From Tubiluchus corallicola (Eukaryota > Animalia > Priapulida), in NCBI GenBank assembly GCA_030141605.1, contig JAQGDQ010001177.1, forward strand, positions 1-57,266: a DNA stretch of 57,266 bases. Reading direction: 5' to 3'. The translations under genes were made by a program, and so were the position numbers. This document shows positions 13,612 to 26,774 of this stretch, one piece after another. Numbering within the stretch: the stretch's first letter is position 1; each line of letters starts with the position of its first letter. The notes under the pieces were generated by a model. It had not been told where the DNA came from, made no database searches, and saw only the letters and a program-made list of their open reading frames with translations.

Positions 13612-16600
13612 AAGTTTTCCTCCACGTTTAGAGTAATGCTATCTCTAAACTTAATATATACTAACTGTAGTTAAAGGGAAGTAAAGTTTTCCCCACGTTT
13701 AGAGGCAAAGCTATCTCTAAACTTAATATATACTAACTGTAGTTAAAGGGAAGTAAAGTTTTCCCACGTTTAGAGGCAAAGTTATCTCTAAACTTAATAT
13801 GTACCAACTGTAGTTAAAGGGAAGTAAAGTTTCCCCACGTTTAGAGGCAAAGCTATCTCTAAACTTAATAGGTACTAACTGTAGTCAAAGGGAAGTAAAG
13901 TTTCCCCACGTTTAGAGGCAAAGCTATCTCTAAACTTAATATGTACTAACTGTAGTTAAAGGAAAGTAAAGTTTTCCCCACGTTTAGAGGCAAAGCTATC
14001 TCTAAACTTAATATGTGCTAACTGTAGCTAAAGGGAAGTAAGGTTTCCCCGCGTTAAGAGGCAAAACTATCTCTTAACTTAATATGTACTAACTGTAGTT
14101 AAAGGGAAGTAAAGTTTTCCCCCACGTTAAGAGGCAAAGCTATCTCTAAACTTAATATGTACTAACTGTAGTTAAAGGGAAGTAAAGTTTTCCCCACGTT
14201 TAGAGGCAAAACTATCTCTAAACTTAATATGTACTAACTGTAGTTAAAGGGAAGTAAAGTTTCCCCCACGTTTAGAGGCAAAGCTATCTCTAAACTTAAT
14301 ATGTACTAACTGTAGTTAAAGGGAAGTTAGTTTTCCCACGTTTAGAGGCAAAACTATCTCTAAACTTAATATGTACTAACTGTAGTTAAAGGGAAGTAAA
14401 GTTTTCCCCACGTTTAGAGGCAAAACTATCTCTAAACTTAATATGTACTAACTGTAGTCAAAGGAAGTAAATTTTCCCCACGTTTGGAGACAAGCTATCT
14501 AAACAATATGTATAACTGTAGTCAAGAGTAAGTTTCCCCTGCGTTTAGAGGCAAAGCTATCTCTAAACTTAATATGTGTAACTATAGTTAAAAGGAAGGA
14601 AAGTTTCCCCACGTTTAGAGGCAAGCTATCTCTAAACTTAATATCCTACCTAACTGTAGTTAAAAAGGGGAGTAAAGTTTCCCCACGTTTAGAAACAAAG
14701 CTATCTCTAAACTTAATATGTATTAACTGTAGTCGAAATCAAAGTTTCCCCACGTTTAGAGGCAATATCTCTAAGCTTAATAATATAACTGTATTATAAA
14801 AGGGAAGTAAAGTTTTCTCCACGTTTAGAGGCAAAGCTATCTCTAAACTTAATATGTACTAACTGTAGTCAAAGGGAAGTAAAGTTTTCCCCACGTTTGG
14901 AGGCAAAGCTATCTCTAAACTTAATATATACTAACTGTAGTTAAAGGGAAGTAAAGTTTTCCCCACGTTTAGAGGCAAAGCTATCTCTAAACTTAATATA
15001 TACTAACTGTAGTTAAAGGGAAGTAAAGTTTTCCCACGTTTAGAGGCAAAGTTATCTCTAAACTTAATATGTACCAACTGTAGTTAAAGGGAAGTAAAGT
15101 TTCCCCACGTTTAGAGGCAAAGCTATCTCTAAACTTAATAAGAGTCTCTAACTGCTTGTAGTCAAAGGGAAGTAAGTTCCCCCGCATTGAAAGCATTTAT
15201 CTCTAAACTTAATATGTACTAACTGTAGTTAAAGGAAAGTTAGTTTTCCCCACGTTTAGAGGCAAAGCTATCTCTAAACTTAATATGTACAAACTGTAGT
15301 TAAAGGAAAGTTAGTTTTCCCCACGTTTAGAGGCAAAACTATCTCTAAACTTAATATGTACTAACTGTAGTTAAAGGGAAGTTAGTTTTCTCCACGTTTA
15401 GAGGCAAAGCTATCTCTAAACTTAATATGTACTAACTGTAGTCAAAGGGAAGTAAAGTTTTCCCCACGTTTGGAGGCAAAGCTATCTCTAAACTTAATAT
15501 GTACTAACTGTAGTCAAAGGGAAGTAAAGTTTCCCCACGTTTAGAGGCAAAGCTATCTCTAAACTTAATATGTACCAACTGTAGTTAAAGGGAAGGAAAG
15601 TTTCCCCACGTTTAGAGGCAAAGCTATCTCTAAACTTAATATCTACTAACTGTAGTTAAAGGGAAGTAAAGTTTCCCCACGTTTAGAGGCAAAGCTATCT
15701 CTAAACTTAATATGTAGTAACTGTAGTCAAAGGGAAGTAAAGTTTCCCCACGTTTAGAGGCAAAGCTATCTCTAAACTTAATATGTACTAACTGTAGTTA
15801 AAGGGAAGTAAAGTTTTCTCCACGTTTAGAGGCAAAGCTATCTCTAAACTTAATATGTACTAACTGTAGTCAAAGGGAAGTAAAGTTTTCCCCACGTTTG
15901 GAGGCAAAGCTATCTCTAAACTTAATATGTACTAACTGTAGTTAAAAGGAAGTAAAGTTTTCCCCACGTTTGGAGGCAAAGCTATCTCTAAACTTAATAT
16001 CTACTAACTGTAGTTAAAGGGAAGTAAAGTTTCCCCACCTTTAGAGGCAAAGCTATCTCTAAACTTAATATGTACTAACTGTAGTTAAAGGGAAGTAAAG
16101 TTTTCTCCACGTTTAGAGGCAAAGCTATCTCTAAACTTAATATGTACTAACTGTAGTCAAAGGGAAGTAAAGTTTCCCCACGTTTAGAGGCAAAGCTATC
16201 TCTAAACTTAATATCTACTAACTGTAGTTAGAGGGAAGTAAAGTTTCCCCACGTTTAGAAGTAAAGCTATCTCTAAACTTAATATCTACTAACTGTAGTT
16301 AAAGGGAAGTAAAGTTTCCCCACGTTTAGAGGCAAAGCTATCTCGAAACTTAATATGTACTGGTTGTAGTCAAAGGGAAGTAAAGTTTCCCCACGTTTAG
16401 AGGCAAAGCTATCTCTAAACTTAATATGTACTAACTGTAGTTAAAGGGAAGTAAAGTTTTCTCCACGTTTAGAGGCAAAGCTATCTCTAAACTTAATATG
16501 TACTAACTGTAGTCAAAGGGAAGTAAAGTTTCCCCACGTTTAGAGGCAAAGCTATCTCTAAACTTAATATCTACTAACTGTAGTTAAAGGGAAGTAAAGT

Positions 16601-16783
16601 TTCCCCACGTTTAGAGGCAAAGCTATCTCTAAACTTAATATGTACAAACTGTAGTCAAAGGGAAGTAAAGTTTCCTCACGTTTAAAGGCAAAGCTATCTC
16701 TAAACTTAATATGTACCAACTGTAGTTAAAGGGAAGTAAAGTTTCCCTCACGTTTAGAGGCAAAGCTATCTCTAAACTTAATA
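13612..16783. repeat. ~71-72-bp satellite array, ~44 copies
   Basis: AAAGTTT(T)CCCCACGTTTAGAGGCAAAGCTATCTCTAAACTTAATATGTACTAACTGTAGTTAAAGGGAAGT tandem units. Confidence 0.97.
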
Positions 16784-17774
16784 AATACACTGTAGGTGTC
16801 AGGATAGAAATTCCTAGGATTAAATATTGAATTGTAATATGTTGTGACGTCTACTAACACTTATATATTTACAGATTGTATGTTATGAAATGATAATGTA
16901 AATAAGTACATCATGATGTTTTAACTCATTTATTTATTGTTGACATTTACAAGTATAAACAGGTGACACGGCAATGGACTTGCAACGGCAAACACTAATA
17001 GTACTTTTTGAGAACAAACTTTAAATAAAAATATTCAGGTTAATGCATTAACGAAAAATGAACGACCTGGACAACGAATTTTATTCCACGCCCCCCACCC
17101 CCCAAGAGCTAAATATTAATTTTTGTCATTTTCATATCAAGTATTCGATTAAATTTGTCACTGAATTTTACTTGTACACACCGTCTTTCAAAACATAATC
17201 GGCAGGTGTCATGTTTCTATATTGTATTTCAAACGACAAAACGACGGATTTCATTTTCTATTTCATGTATTTCAAAAAACTTAGACTATATTGTAGAACA
17301 AAGATTGAAGCCCAGTGAATATCTTGTAAGTGAAAGCCCAGTGAAAATGCACAAAAGTGGTACAAATATGGCTTCCTTTCCAATAACTGTAGAAGACAAG
17401 GAGGCGGTTGTAGAGAAACAGATACAGTTGTCGGGAAGGCGGAGGTGGTTTTATTGTTATTTTGTAAATGTATATGTTTTTAACCTTTTAGCTCTGTGTA
17501 AAAAGTTGTAATTTCAGATATAGGTAAGAAAGTGATTATAGGGCGACTGAAAATCCTAATTTACGTTTATTTGCGAATTTCGCGGGGTGCAAATGAATAC
17601 GAATTTGTTCATAGCGAAATTCTACGTGATTATGCTGTTTACTATCAACAGAAAACAAGAACGATAAGATTTAAAATATGCGCCTAGTTATTTAACGGTT
17701 TAGATTTGAGTTGTATGGTATTTACAATGATTGATATTAGACAAAAAGACAAGAATTGCACAATTAGTGGAAAT

Positions 17775-18143
17775 GTTATGAAAGATCTGCAGCTGATGCT
17801 ACATTAAGAAAGATCTACAGCTAATGCTACGTTATGAAAGATCCATAGCTGATGCTACGTTACGAAAGATCTACAGCTAATGCTAAGTTACGAAAGATCT
17901 ACAGCTAATGCTAAGTTACGAAAGATCTACAGGTAATGCCACGTTACGAAAGACATACAGCTAATGCTACGTTACGAAAGACATACAGCTAATGCTACGT
18001 TACGAGAGATACACAGCTGATGCTACGTTACGAAAGATCCACAGCTGATGCTACGTTACGAAAGATCTACAGCTAATGCTACGTTACGAAAGATCCACAG
18101 CTAATGCTACTTTACGAAAGATCTACAGCTAATGCTACGTTAT
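17775..18143. repeat. 28-bp minisatellite (GAAAGATCTACAGCTAATGCTACGTTAC), ~13 copies
   Basis: Direct tandem units. Confidence 0.95.
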
Positions 18144-18767
18144 TAAATGTAAAGTCATTATGAGAATGTTACATATAAATGAACATGAGTGAGAAGAGCT
18201 ACGATTGCAATACTAAATACAATGTGACAACTAGATCCTAGTTCTTGCCCAAGATTATCCTCGACAATGAGGCGGTGGAGTCACGTGACGCAGTGGCATG
18301 TCACCCCAAGCTAGCTAAATGTTTGCAAGATTACAACTATATATACCTTCTGAGAAGGAAGCTTATATGCAAGTGATTACACGACTAATTTGGTATGAAT
18401 CCAAAACTAGTTTAAGCAAATTACGTACTTTAACTTTTAAAGTAGAGTTAAATGTATACTATGAAACAGGTTTGCAAGGGCAGATCCATGCAAACATGAA
18501 TAAATGTTGTTCTCGATAACAAACAACGGTTTTCTTGAAACATAGATACGCCACTATGACATATCTCGAGGCAAAGTGTTTTTTAGCCTGTTTCCATTGA
18601 TCTGCCCTTGCAAACTGGTTATTGAATGTAAACGTAGTGTTAATTTGCATGTAAATGTCATTCAAGTCTATAGTATAGCTGGCATCGTGCCCAACTGGCC
18701 ATGTAATTAGCTGAACTAGGCTTCTTTTATAGATCTATATATAGTAATTTTTGTCTATGTAGACAGT

Positions 18768-19016
18768 ATATGCTTTATAGGCAGTTCTTTGCAAATTTCT
18801 TTGTTATATTTTTCTAAGTTTAAACAATAACAGTAAAATAAAACCAACATACTGAGTGAGTTATTCTTTCCTTTAGCACACCACAAACAGTTTAACTGAT
18901 AACAGTAAAATAAACACAACATGCTGAGTGACTTGTTCTTTCCTTTACCACACCACAAACAGTTTAAGTGATAACAGTAAAATAAACCCAACATACTGAG
19001 TGAGTTGTTCTTTCCT
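18768..19016 (-). mobile_element. Family B left end with ~3 terminal 72-bp units
   Basis: Ends GAGTTGTTCTTTCCT|TTAA. Confidence 0.85.
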
Positions 19017-19477
19017 TTAAGGAACTGTACAGTAGCTATTCTAGGGTTGCGTTCACACGCTTACATGCATATTTTTGGCTTGCGTATAATCTCCTAAAGC
19101 AATTTAAGCTGTTGAGTGACTTGTTTTTCTTTCAAAGTTTCTAAACAAGTAATAAACTTACGAGCTTTCGTAGTTTCAAGGCTCATAATGACCCTATCGG
19201 CTTCGTATTGTTTATAACCAAACAGCCGCAGCTAATTTTATACACTCGGCGCTACTGCACATGCGCTAGGTCACGTGGGTTCGGTCTGGAAAGTTTGGCT
19301 TCGTAACTAGCGCATCTAGGAGCAATGATTTTGCCTGGCGGTAAAACTATTGTGGTGATGCGGTTGTTCCCTTAGAAAAACCAAAAGTTTTGTGTTAAAA
19401 CTGTAAATTATTGGAGAGTCAAGTTTTCATGGGTAATAATGAAGCAGTGGCAAGACTTTCAAGAATGTGGTAAGTTC

Positions 19478-19945
19478 AGTTCAATTCAATTTCAATTTAT
19501 TTATCTCTTTATAATACTACAACAAAACATGAATAATAAAAGAATCGCTAATAAGTTTTGAAGAATGGTTAAAATGAATAGATAGATCTAGAACTAGAGA
19601 AAGGATAGCGAAAAGACAACTCAATTCAATTTCAATTTATTTATCTCTTTATAATACTACAATAAAACATGAATAATAAAAGAATCGCTAATAAGTTTTG
19701 AAGAATGGTTAAAATGAATAGATAGATCTAGAACTAGAGAAAGGATAGCGAAAAGACAATTCAATTCCATTCAACTCAATTCAATTTCAATTTATTTATC
19801 TCTTTATAATACTACAATAAAACATGATTAATAAAAGAATCGCTAATAATTTTTGAAGAATGGTTAAAATGAATAGATAGATCTAGAACTAGAGAAAGGA
19901 TAGCGAAAAGACTATAAAGTCACCTAGTCTGCTATCCTTTACCGA
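19478..19945 (-). repeat. Triplicated ~140-bp unit, probably the 3' tail of a LINE/SINE with a stem-loop
   Basis: Units at 19481, 19621, ~19776; minus strand ends AATAAA-(TTGAA)n; hairpin AAAGGATAGC...GCTATCCTTT at 19895-19940. Confidence 0.7.
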
Positions 19946-20584
19946 ATATAGATAAAATGATTTTTAGACACTGGTGGGCATTAATGTTGCCAGTTTAATT
20001 TAGGAAACATTAATAATTTTAAAATTATGACATTTGCTATATAATTAAGTAATCCAGAGAAAAGAATATACATGTAGTTTAAATTAGTGGTCAACAAAAT
20101 AAGGTCAATCTTGATTAAACTAAAAATTGCATTTAGATTTTATGTGAAATGCAGGTCAAAATTGTTATGAAATGATAAAAACACTTTGGGTTAATAATGC
20201 AATTAATCAACAACAGGAGTTAAATACATTTTGATTTGAATTCAACTTCATTATTTCTAGGCTTTTTGATTAAGAACAAATCTACTGACTTGGAGAATAA
20301 TACTAAATAATATATTCTCAATATACTGATAAGACAAACATTTAGCTATACAGGTTTTTTAGTAATTTTAGTAAGTTCTTTACCATATTCTAAGATTTCT
20401 GCCTAAAGACCCAATGACTCCGCTCTTAATGTTCGTAGCTACTGACTTCTGTTTTTTAATTTTAAACTTTTTTTCACATTGTGTGTTTTGTAAATTATGT
20501 TTTACAATGTTAACTGCAAGATTATCGATATTTTAGTTTTTAAAATCAAACTTATTGGAATGAAAGAAAATGTAAAAAAATCAG

Positions 20585-20815
20585 GACTAAGCTAAGATTT
20601 GAACTTGGAGCCCTTGGTTTACACACTCAACGCTGTGACCACTAGAGCATATAACAATTTGATATATGGCCTGTTTTAATATTATTTCTAAGTTTTTTAG
20701 TTTTTAATGTCATATTTATTAGAAAGAAAGAGAATGTAGAGAATTTTAACTAAGCTAAGATTTGAACTTGGAGCCTTTGAATTACAAGTCCAGCGCTATG
20801 ACCACATACGCACAG
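20585..20815 (-). other. Two degenerate tRNA-derived (SINE-head-like) segments
   Basis: Minus strand TAGTGGTCA (box A-like) ... GTTCAAATC (box B-like) at ~20585-20650 and ~20748-20812; no intact cloverleaf. Confidence 0.4.
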
Positions 20816-21004
20816 TTAATTATCAAAATATTTTTTTAGTTACTTACTAATTACTCTGTGTAAAGATTAAGTTAACTAACACACGGAAATACTGGCGTAG
20901 CTATGGCAAGAGGTTTCAAGTTCAAATCAGGCTCAGTTCCAACTTTTTTACATTTCATTCTTTTTGTCTAACCGAGTTTCAAATGTTCAATTAAATTAAT
21001 GCGT

Positions 21005-22146
21005 TGTAACTTTGAGATAAAATGTAAGCCAAACACCTAAATACAGCAACAGCAACAGCAACAGCAACACTGACTGTAACTTTTAGATAAAATGTAAGTC
21101 AAACACCTAAATACAGCAACAGCAACGGCAACAGCAACGGCAACAGCAACGGCAACAGCAACACTGACTGTAACTTTTAGATAAAATGTAAGCCAAACAC
21201 CTAAATACAGCAACAGCAACAGCAACAGCAACACTGACTGTAACTTTTAGATAAAATGTAAGCCAAACACCTAAATACAGCAACAGCAACAGCAACAGCA
21301 ACACTGACTGTAACTTTTAGATAAAATGTAAGCCAAACACCTAAATACAGCAACAGCAACAGCAACACTGACTGTAACTTTTAGAGAAAATGTAAGCCAA
21401 ACACCTAAATATAGCAACAGCAACAGCAACACTGACTGTAACTTTTAGATCAAATGTAAGCCAAACACCTAAATACAGCAACGGCAACAGCAACACTGAC
21501 TGTAATTTTTAGATCAAATGTAAGCCAAACACCTAAATACAGCAACAGCACCAGCAACAGCAACAGCAACACTGACTGTAACTTTTAGATCAAATGTAAG
21601 CCAAACACCTAAATACAGCAACAGCACCAACAACAGCAACAGCAACACTGACTGTAAGTTTTAGATCAAATGTAAGCCAAACACCTAAATACAGCAACAG
21701 CAACAGCAACACTGACTGTAACTTTTAGAGAAAATGTAAGCCAAACACCTAAATATAGCAACAGCAACACTGACTGTAACTTTTAGATCAAATGTAAGCC
21801 AAACACCTAAATACTGCAACAGCAACAGCAACAGCAACAGCAACACTGACTGTAACTTTTAGATCAAACGTAAGCCTAACACCTAAATACAGCAACAGCA
21901 CCAGCAACAGCAACAGCAACACTGACTGTAACTTTTAGATCAAATGTAAGCCAAACACCTAAACACAGCAACAGCACCAGCAACAGCAACAGCAACACTG
22001 ACTGTAACTTTTAGATCAAATGTAAGCCAAACACCTAAATACAGCAACAGCAACAGCAACACTGACTGTAACTTTTAGATAAAATGTAAGCCAAACACCT
22101 AAATACAGCAACGGCAACAGCAACAGCAACAGCAACAGCAACACTG
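21005..22146. repeat. Compound minisatellite: ~45-bp core plus a variable (AGCAAC)n tract, ~16 units
   Basis: ACTGACTGTAACTTTTAGATAAAATGTAAGCCAAACACCTAAATAC followed by 2-6 hexamers. Confidence 0.95.
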
Positions 22147-22411
22147 ATAGATTCAGCTCATTAAGAAAAGTTAATTGCCACGCTTAATGATTGAATAATT
22201 AAAACACACAGCATATGATTAGCATACTAAACAGCTCATGAGTTGATTGTAAAATCGTTAAAACTCCTCTGCCTGACTGAACCGTTTCCTCAATGATTAA
22301 TAGAAGCTGACTAAGCAAACAGAGTCAAAGTCAAATTAATATTCTTGACATTGTACAAAGTTGCAAGTTACAATAGTTATAGCTCGTAAACGTAGAAAAA
22401 ATTACTAGAAT

Positions 22412-22922
22412 AAACTATTTAACAGCTCCAGCGATTGATGATGATTGCGAAAAGGTCAAAGGTTAAGTGTACCAGACAACGCTTTTTGTGTAAACTTGAC
22501 AACGCCTCATGGCCCATGCTGTTGTAATAGTAACAGTTTTAACAGCTAAAACCTTACCTAGTCCATTTTTTCTTGTTCCCAGTGCTGCTAGTAAATCACT
22601 CTACACACAGAGTAATGTATAATTAAGTTAAGTCCGCATAAAACAATTGACGTCACTGAACTGATGCGCAGATGCTTTGCTTTGGACACATGTTGCGTGA
22701 CTGTTGTAGTTTACGCGTTGCTGTGGTATAGTTGACATTTGATGTACATACGCATATTAAGTAAAGTCCACGTAAAAACTGAAGTCACTGAACTGATATG
22801 GTAGACTGCTTTGCTTTACCCCCATGTCACATGACGATTGTAGTTTAGACGCGTTGCTATAGTACACTTGACCTTTGATGTACAGCAACTGCGCGTGCGC
22901 ACAACGAAGCTGTGAAAACGCT
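22412..22922 (+). mobile_element. Family C MITE with an internal partial duplication
   Basis: Homologous to 46342-46737; segment GTCACTGAACTGAT...GTAGTTT..GCGTTGCT occurs twice. Confidence 0.8.
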
Positions 22923-23320
22923 CATTTATTAGGTTTTCAGACGAGATTAAAATGTTCCACGTACTATACGAGCATACCCTAGAGCCGAGGGTTGTTTTAG
23001 ACCACTTGGCACGCCGTATTTTAGCACAACGGAATAAGCAAATACTCTGCGCGTTACATTTGGTAACTTGCAAATGGCAAACGTGAACAAATAGCAATAT
23101 TCACACGATAAACGTTTTTGTTCTGCAATCTTCTATGCCCTACAGCGCCATAAACCATAGATATGCGTTATAAACCGAAGATGTATTTTATGCGAGCGAT
23201 TTGTGATTTCACTTTATGTGATTTTCACTTTGACACGTTTTACAGTCAATATTTTAGCTGTGAAACGCAACCATTCCTTTACACTAGTCAACGGGAAACT
23301 AATGCTAAACTTCTTTTTAA

Positions 23321-23615
23321 AGGAAAACCGGATGTTTGTGTAAATACGAGTTCAGAATAAAGTATGATCTAAAATATTGAAAACTACAATAGCTTTTTTT
23401 AAAATCAAAGCTTAGAATAAGTAATAATTACCTCAGATACTCAAATTCTGTTAAACTTTCAAAGCTACGCGAGGCTCAGTGAATCTACTAAGATTGGTAA
23501 CGGCGCCTATTTGTCACATTCGAGTGGCCGACAAGTAGAAGGCAGTACAGTGATAACCATGATCATGAACTCCAGTGTTAGTTTCTGACGTCATATGACG
23601 TAGAGCTCATTTTTG
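23321..23615 (+). mobile_element. Family A left half
   Basis: TTAA|AGGAAAACCGGATG; homology ends ~23615. Confidence 0.85.
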
Positions 23616-23817
23616 TCTGTGTGCATTTCCCAACGACTGCTGTTGGTTAATCAAATTTATTTAACACAAAGGATCGTATAGATGTGCAAAAAACTGCACA
23701 TGAATAGAAGCTACAGTCACTTTTGACGCCATGTGATTCATACCTGGACTTTGTAAACCTTCTTATGCCAGGAGAAACAGACTCAAGCTGAAACTGATTG
23801 CAATAAATATAATTTAA

Positions 23818-23961
23818 AGGAAAACCGGATGATTGTGTAAACACGAATTCAGAATAAAGTATGCTCTAAAATATTGAAAACTACAACAGCTTTCTTAAAA
23901 TCAAAGCTTAAATTAAATAATAATTACCTCGGATAGTTAAATTTTGTTAAACTTTCAAAGT
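23818..23961 (+). mobile_element. Family A left-end fragment
   Basis: TTAA|AGGAAAACCGGATGATTG. Confidence 0.85.
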
Positions 23962-24189
23962 TTTAAACTCTCACGTCGGTTAGTGGCATTTCAAGCGGGC
24001 ACAAGTACTACATTTCGTTTTGGTGTGTATTCATCCGCCGAATAAATACACTATTTACTGTAAATGGAATGTTTACTGTAAATTTTTATGATTTATAATC
24101 TTCTTTCAATGTTAGAATTGATATTTTTAATATGTTTTTTATACATTTTGTGATTTTTATGCAAAATTCATCAAATCTATACATTACTG

Positions 24190-24353
24190 TACAATACGTA
24201 CAACGCATGCGCAAAAATACTTTAGACGGAGTAATGCAAAAACCCGCGAAACAGCGAAAATACCGCGATAAATATTTTACATTAATATTTCTGAAAACCC
24301 GCGAAACAGCGATTCCGCGATAAACGAACCGCGAAGTAGCGAGGGAACACTAT
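24190..24353. mobile_element. Right end of a Tc1/mariner (pogo/Tigger-like) MITE
   Basis: GAACCGCGAAGTAGCGAGGGAACACT followed by (TA)n; repeated CCGCGA motifs. Confidence 0.5.
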
Positions 24354-24537
24354 ATATATATAGATATATATATATATGTTGTGCAAATAAAGTTTTATCA
24401 TTATCACAAATTTGTAATGAACATTTTTAGGATGTCTCATGACAAGACACTTTAACTGGGTGCATCTAGTGCTTCCGTCAACAGCACTTTTTGACAAACT
24501 TTGAAAAGCTAAAATCCAAACTGAGTTACATCTTTAA

Positions 24538-25800
24538 AGGAAACTTCAAGCCTTCTATGGGGGTAGGCTTATTTCAGTGTTAGAATGTTTAGTAATAAAA
24601 CTGCAAAAGCTCATTTTCCACCAATGACGTCATTCATCAGTTGAAGAAAAACAGCCGATTGTCGTCTAAAGTATAATAAGGTTTTACAAAAAAATTAGAT
24701 AGCGCTAATTTTGTCATGTTCTTGAATGTGCGATAGGTAACCTGCAGTATGATGGGTTTATTTTACTGTTATCACTTAAACTGTTTGTGGTGTGCTAATG
24801 GAAAGAACAACTTACTCAGTATTTTGGGTTTATTTTACTGTTATCAATTAAACTTAGAAAGTTATAACAAAGAAATTTGCAAAGAACTGCCTATAAAACA
24901 TAAATTTAAAACACACTACCCATTTTTTTTCAAATGACGTCATTCGTCTTGAAGAAAAGTGGCGTACTCAAAACTGTAAGTTTTTACAAAAGCATTAGAT
25001 AGCTAATTTTGCGATATTTTTGCGTGAACATTAGGTAAGCTGTAGAAGTTTGAATTAGCTTACGGAAAACCACGATCCGCTTACGAAAAGCCACGAAGTC
25101 TCCCAGTTACGTCATGATTTTCAAATGAATGGCGGCAACCATTGAAAGTTGCTGCCTGAAAGTTTCTATTCAGAGGTAGTTTATTTTAAATTTATGCTTT
25201 ATAGGCAGTTCTTTGCAAATTTCTTTGTTAGATTTTTCTAAGTTTAAGTGATAACAGTAACACAAACCCAACACACTGAGTGACTTGTTCTTTCCTTTGG
25301 CACACCACAAACAGTTTAAGCGATAACAATAAAATAAACCCAACACACTGAGTGACTTGTTCTTTCCTTTAGCACACCACAAACAGTTTAAGTGATAACA
25401 GTAAAATAAACCCAACATACTGAGTGACTTGTTCTTTCCTCTAGCACACCACAAACAGTTTAAGTGATAACAGTAAAATAAACCCAACATACTGAGTGAC
25501 TTGTTCTTTCCTTTAGCACACCACAAACAGTTTAAGTGATAACAGTAAAATAAACCCAACATACTGAGTGACTTGTTCTTTCCTTTAGCACACCACAAAC
25601 AGTTTAAGTGATAACAGTAAAATAAACCCAACATACTGAGTGACTTGTTCTTTCCTTTAGCACACCACAAACAGTTTAAGTGATAACAGTAAAATAAACC
25701 CAACATACTGAGTGACTCGTTCTTTACTCTAGCACACCACAAACAGTTTAAGTGATAACAGTAAAATAAACCCAACATACTGAGTGAGTTGTTCTTTCCT
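24538..25800 (-). mobile_element. Family B composite element with ~8 terminal 72-bp units and an internal inverted fragment (24748-24920)
   Basis: TTAA|AGGAAACTTCAAG ... GTTCTTTCCT|TTAA. Confidence 0.85.
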
Positions 25801-26304
25801 TTAAAATTAATAGGAAATAACAGCGTTATTATCCTAATTATTAAAACTGCGCAATCTTAAACGCAAAAGTCGTCTTCGCAAAAAAGACGGAGGAAATTCG
25901 ACTAAAATTCACTTAGCGGCAAACTCTTTGAAATAAGATGTTACAAGGATGAGGAAGAAGCTGCAGCATCAGCTCAAAGTCGGCGTTAAAAGGTGATTGT
26001 GCGTTTGCGTGTCATTAACAATGCGTCAGAGATTACAGAGAGTAATTGGTTTGGAAAGAAGTTTCATTGTAATCTAAAGAAAAGGGGTTTCTTATAGCAA
26101 GTCGAATGGATTTTCAAGGCTTGAGCACTCAACTTTCAAAAGGATTGGTTTTACTTAAAGCTGAGGTACTTTGCAACTATAACCAGTTTAACCGTAGATG
26201 TCACTGCGGTAATCAGTAGTTTTCTCTTATCAGCCTTTATTCTGTTTAGTGGTTTAAATCGGCCATTCGTCTCGAAATTGTTACAAGTTTTACTAACGAC
26301 ATCT

Positions 26305-26480
26305 GTTTTGTATTGTATTGTGTTGTGTTGTGTTGTGTTGTGTTGTGTTGTGTTGTGTTGTGTTGTGTTGTACTGTACTGTACTGTACTGTACTGTACTG
26401 TACTGTACTGTACTGTATTGCATTGCATTGCATTGCATTGCATTGCATTGCATTGCATTGTATTGTATTATGTAATGTAA
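26305..26480. repeat. Compound pentanucleotide repeat (TGTTG/TACTG/CATTG/TATTG)
   Basis: Direct inspection. Confidence 0.95.
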
Positions 26481-26774
26481 TATTCCATTTATTTATTATA
26501 TTTATCTAGGGATGTTTAACTTTCGTAACGACCAACTATTCCCCGACTCCCTAAATTTATTACAAGTAGCACGATCACTCGTCCTGTCGTACTAATGAAG
26601 ACATATTAACATGCAAGAGGATGTTAATATGTGAATAACTAGAGTTAATTCTCTCTACTGACTGTTTGCTTTTCTCGGAAAACCGTAAATGCCAATTAAA
26701 GGCAGGGTAAAAATTGTGCAAATAATAAGAATTTATCTCTTTTGTGTCGTTATGTGTTACTTCACAGTGTGTTA

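Noticed and set aside
13612-16783. CRISPR-like array (hairpin repeat starting GTTTAGAG, reminiscent of Cas9 repeats)
   Set aside because: Units are contiguous near-identical copies with no unique spacers; no cas genes; eukaryotic context
21005-22146. Repeat-spacer (CRISPR-like) structure
   Set aside because: The variable part is only a hexamer microsatellite, not unique spacers
25170-25778. 202-aa Cys/His-rich repeat ORF resembling zinc fingers (CYHLNCLWC)
   Set aside because: Translation of the 72-bp transposon terminal unit; other copies have frameshifts; spacing does not fit a known finger
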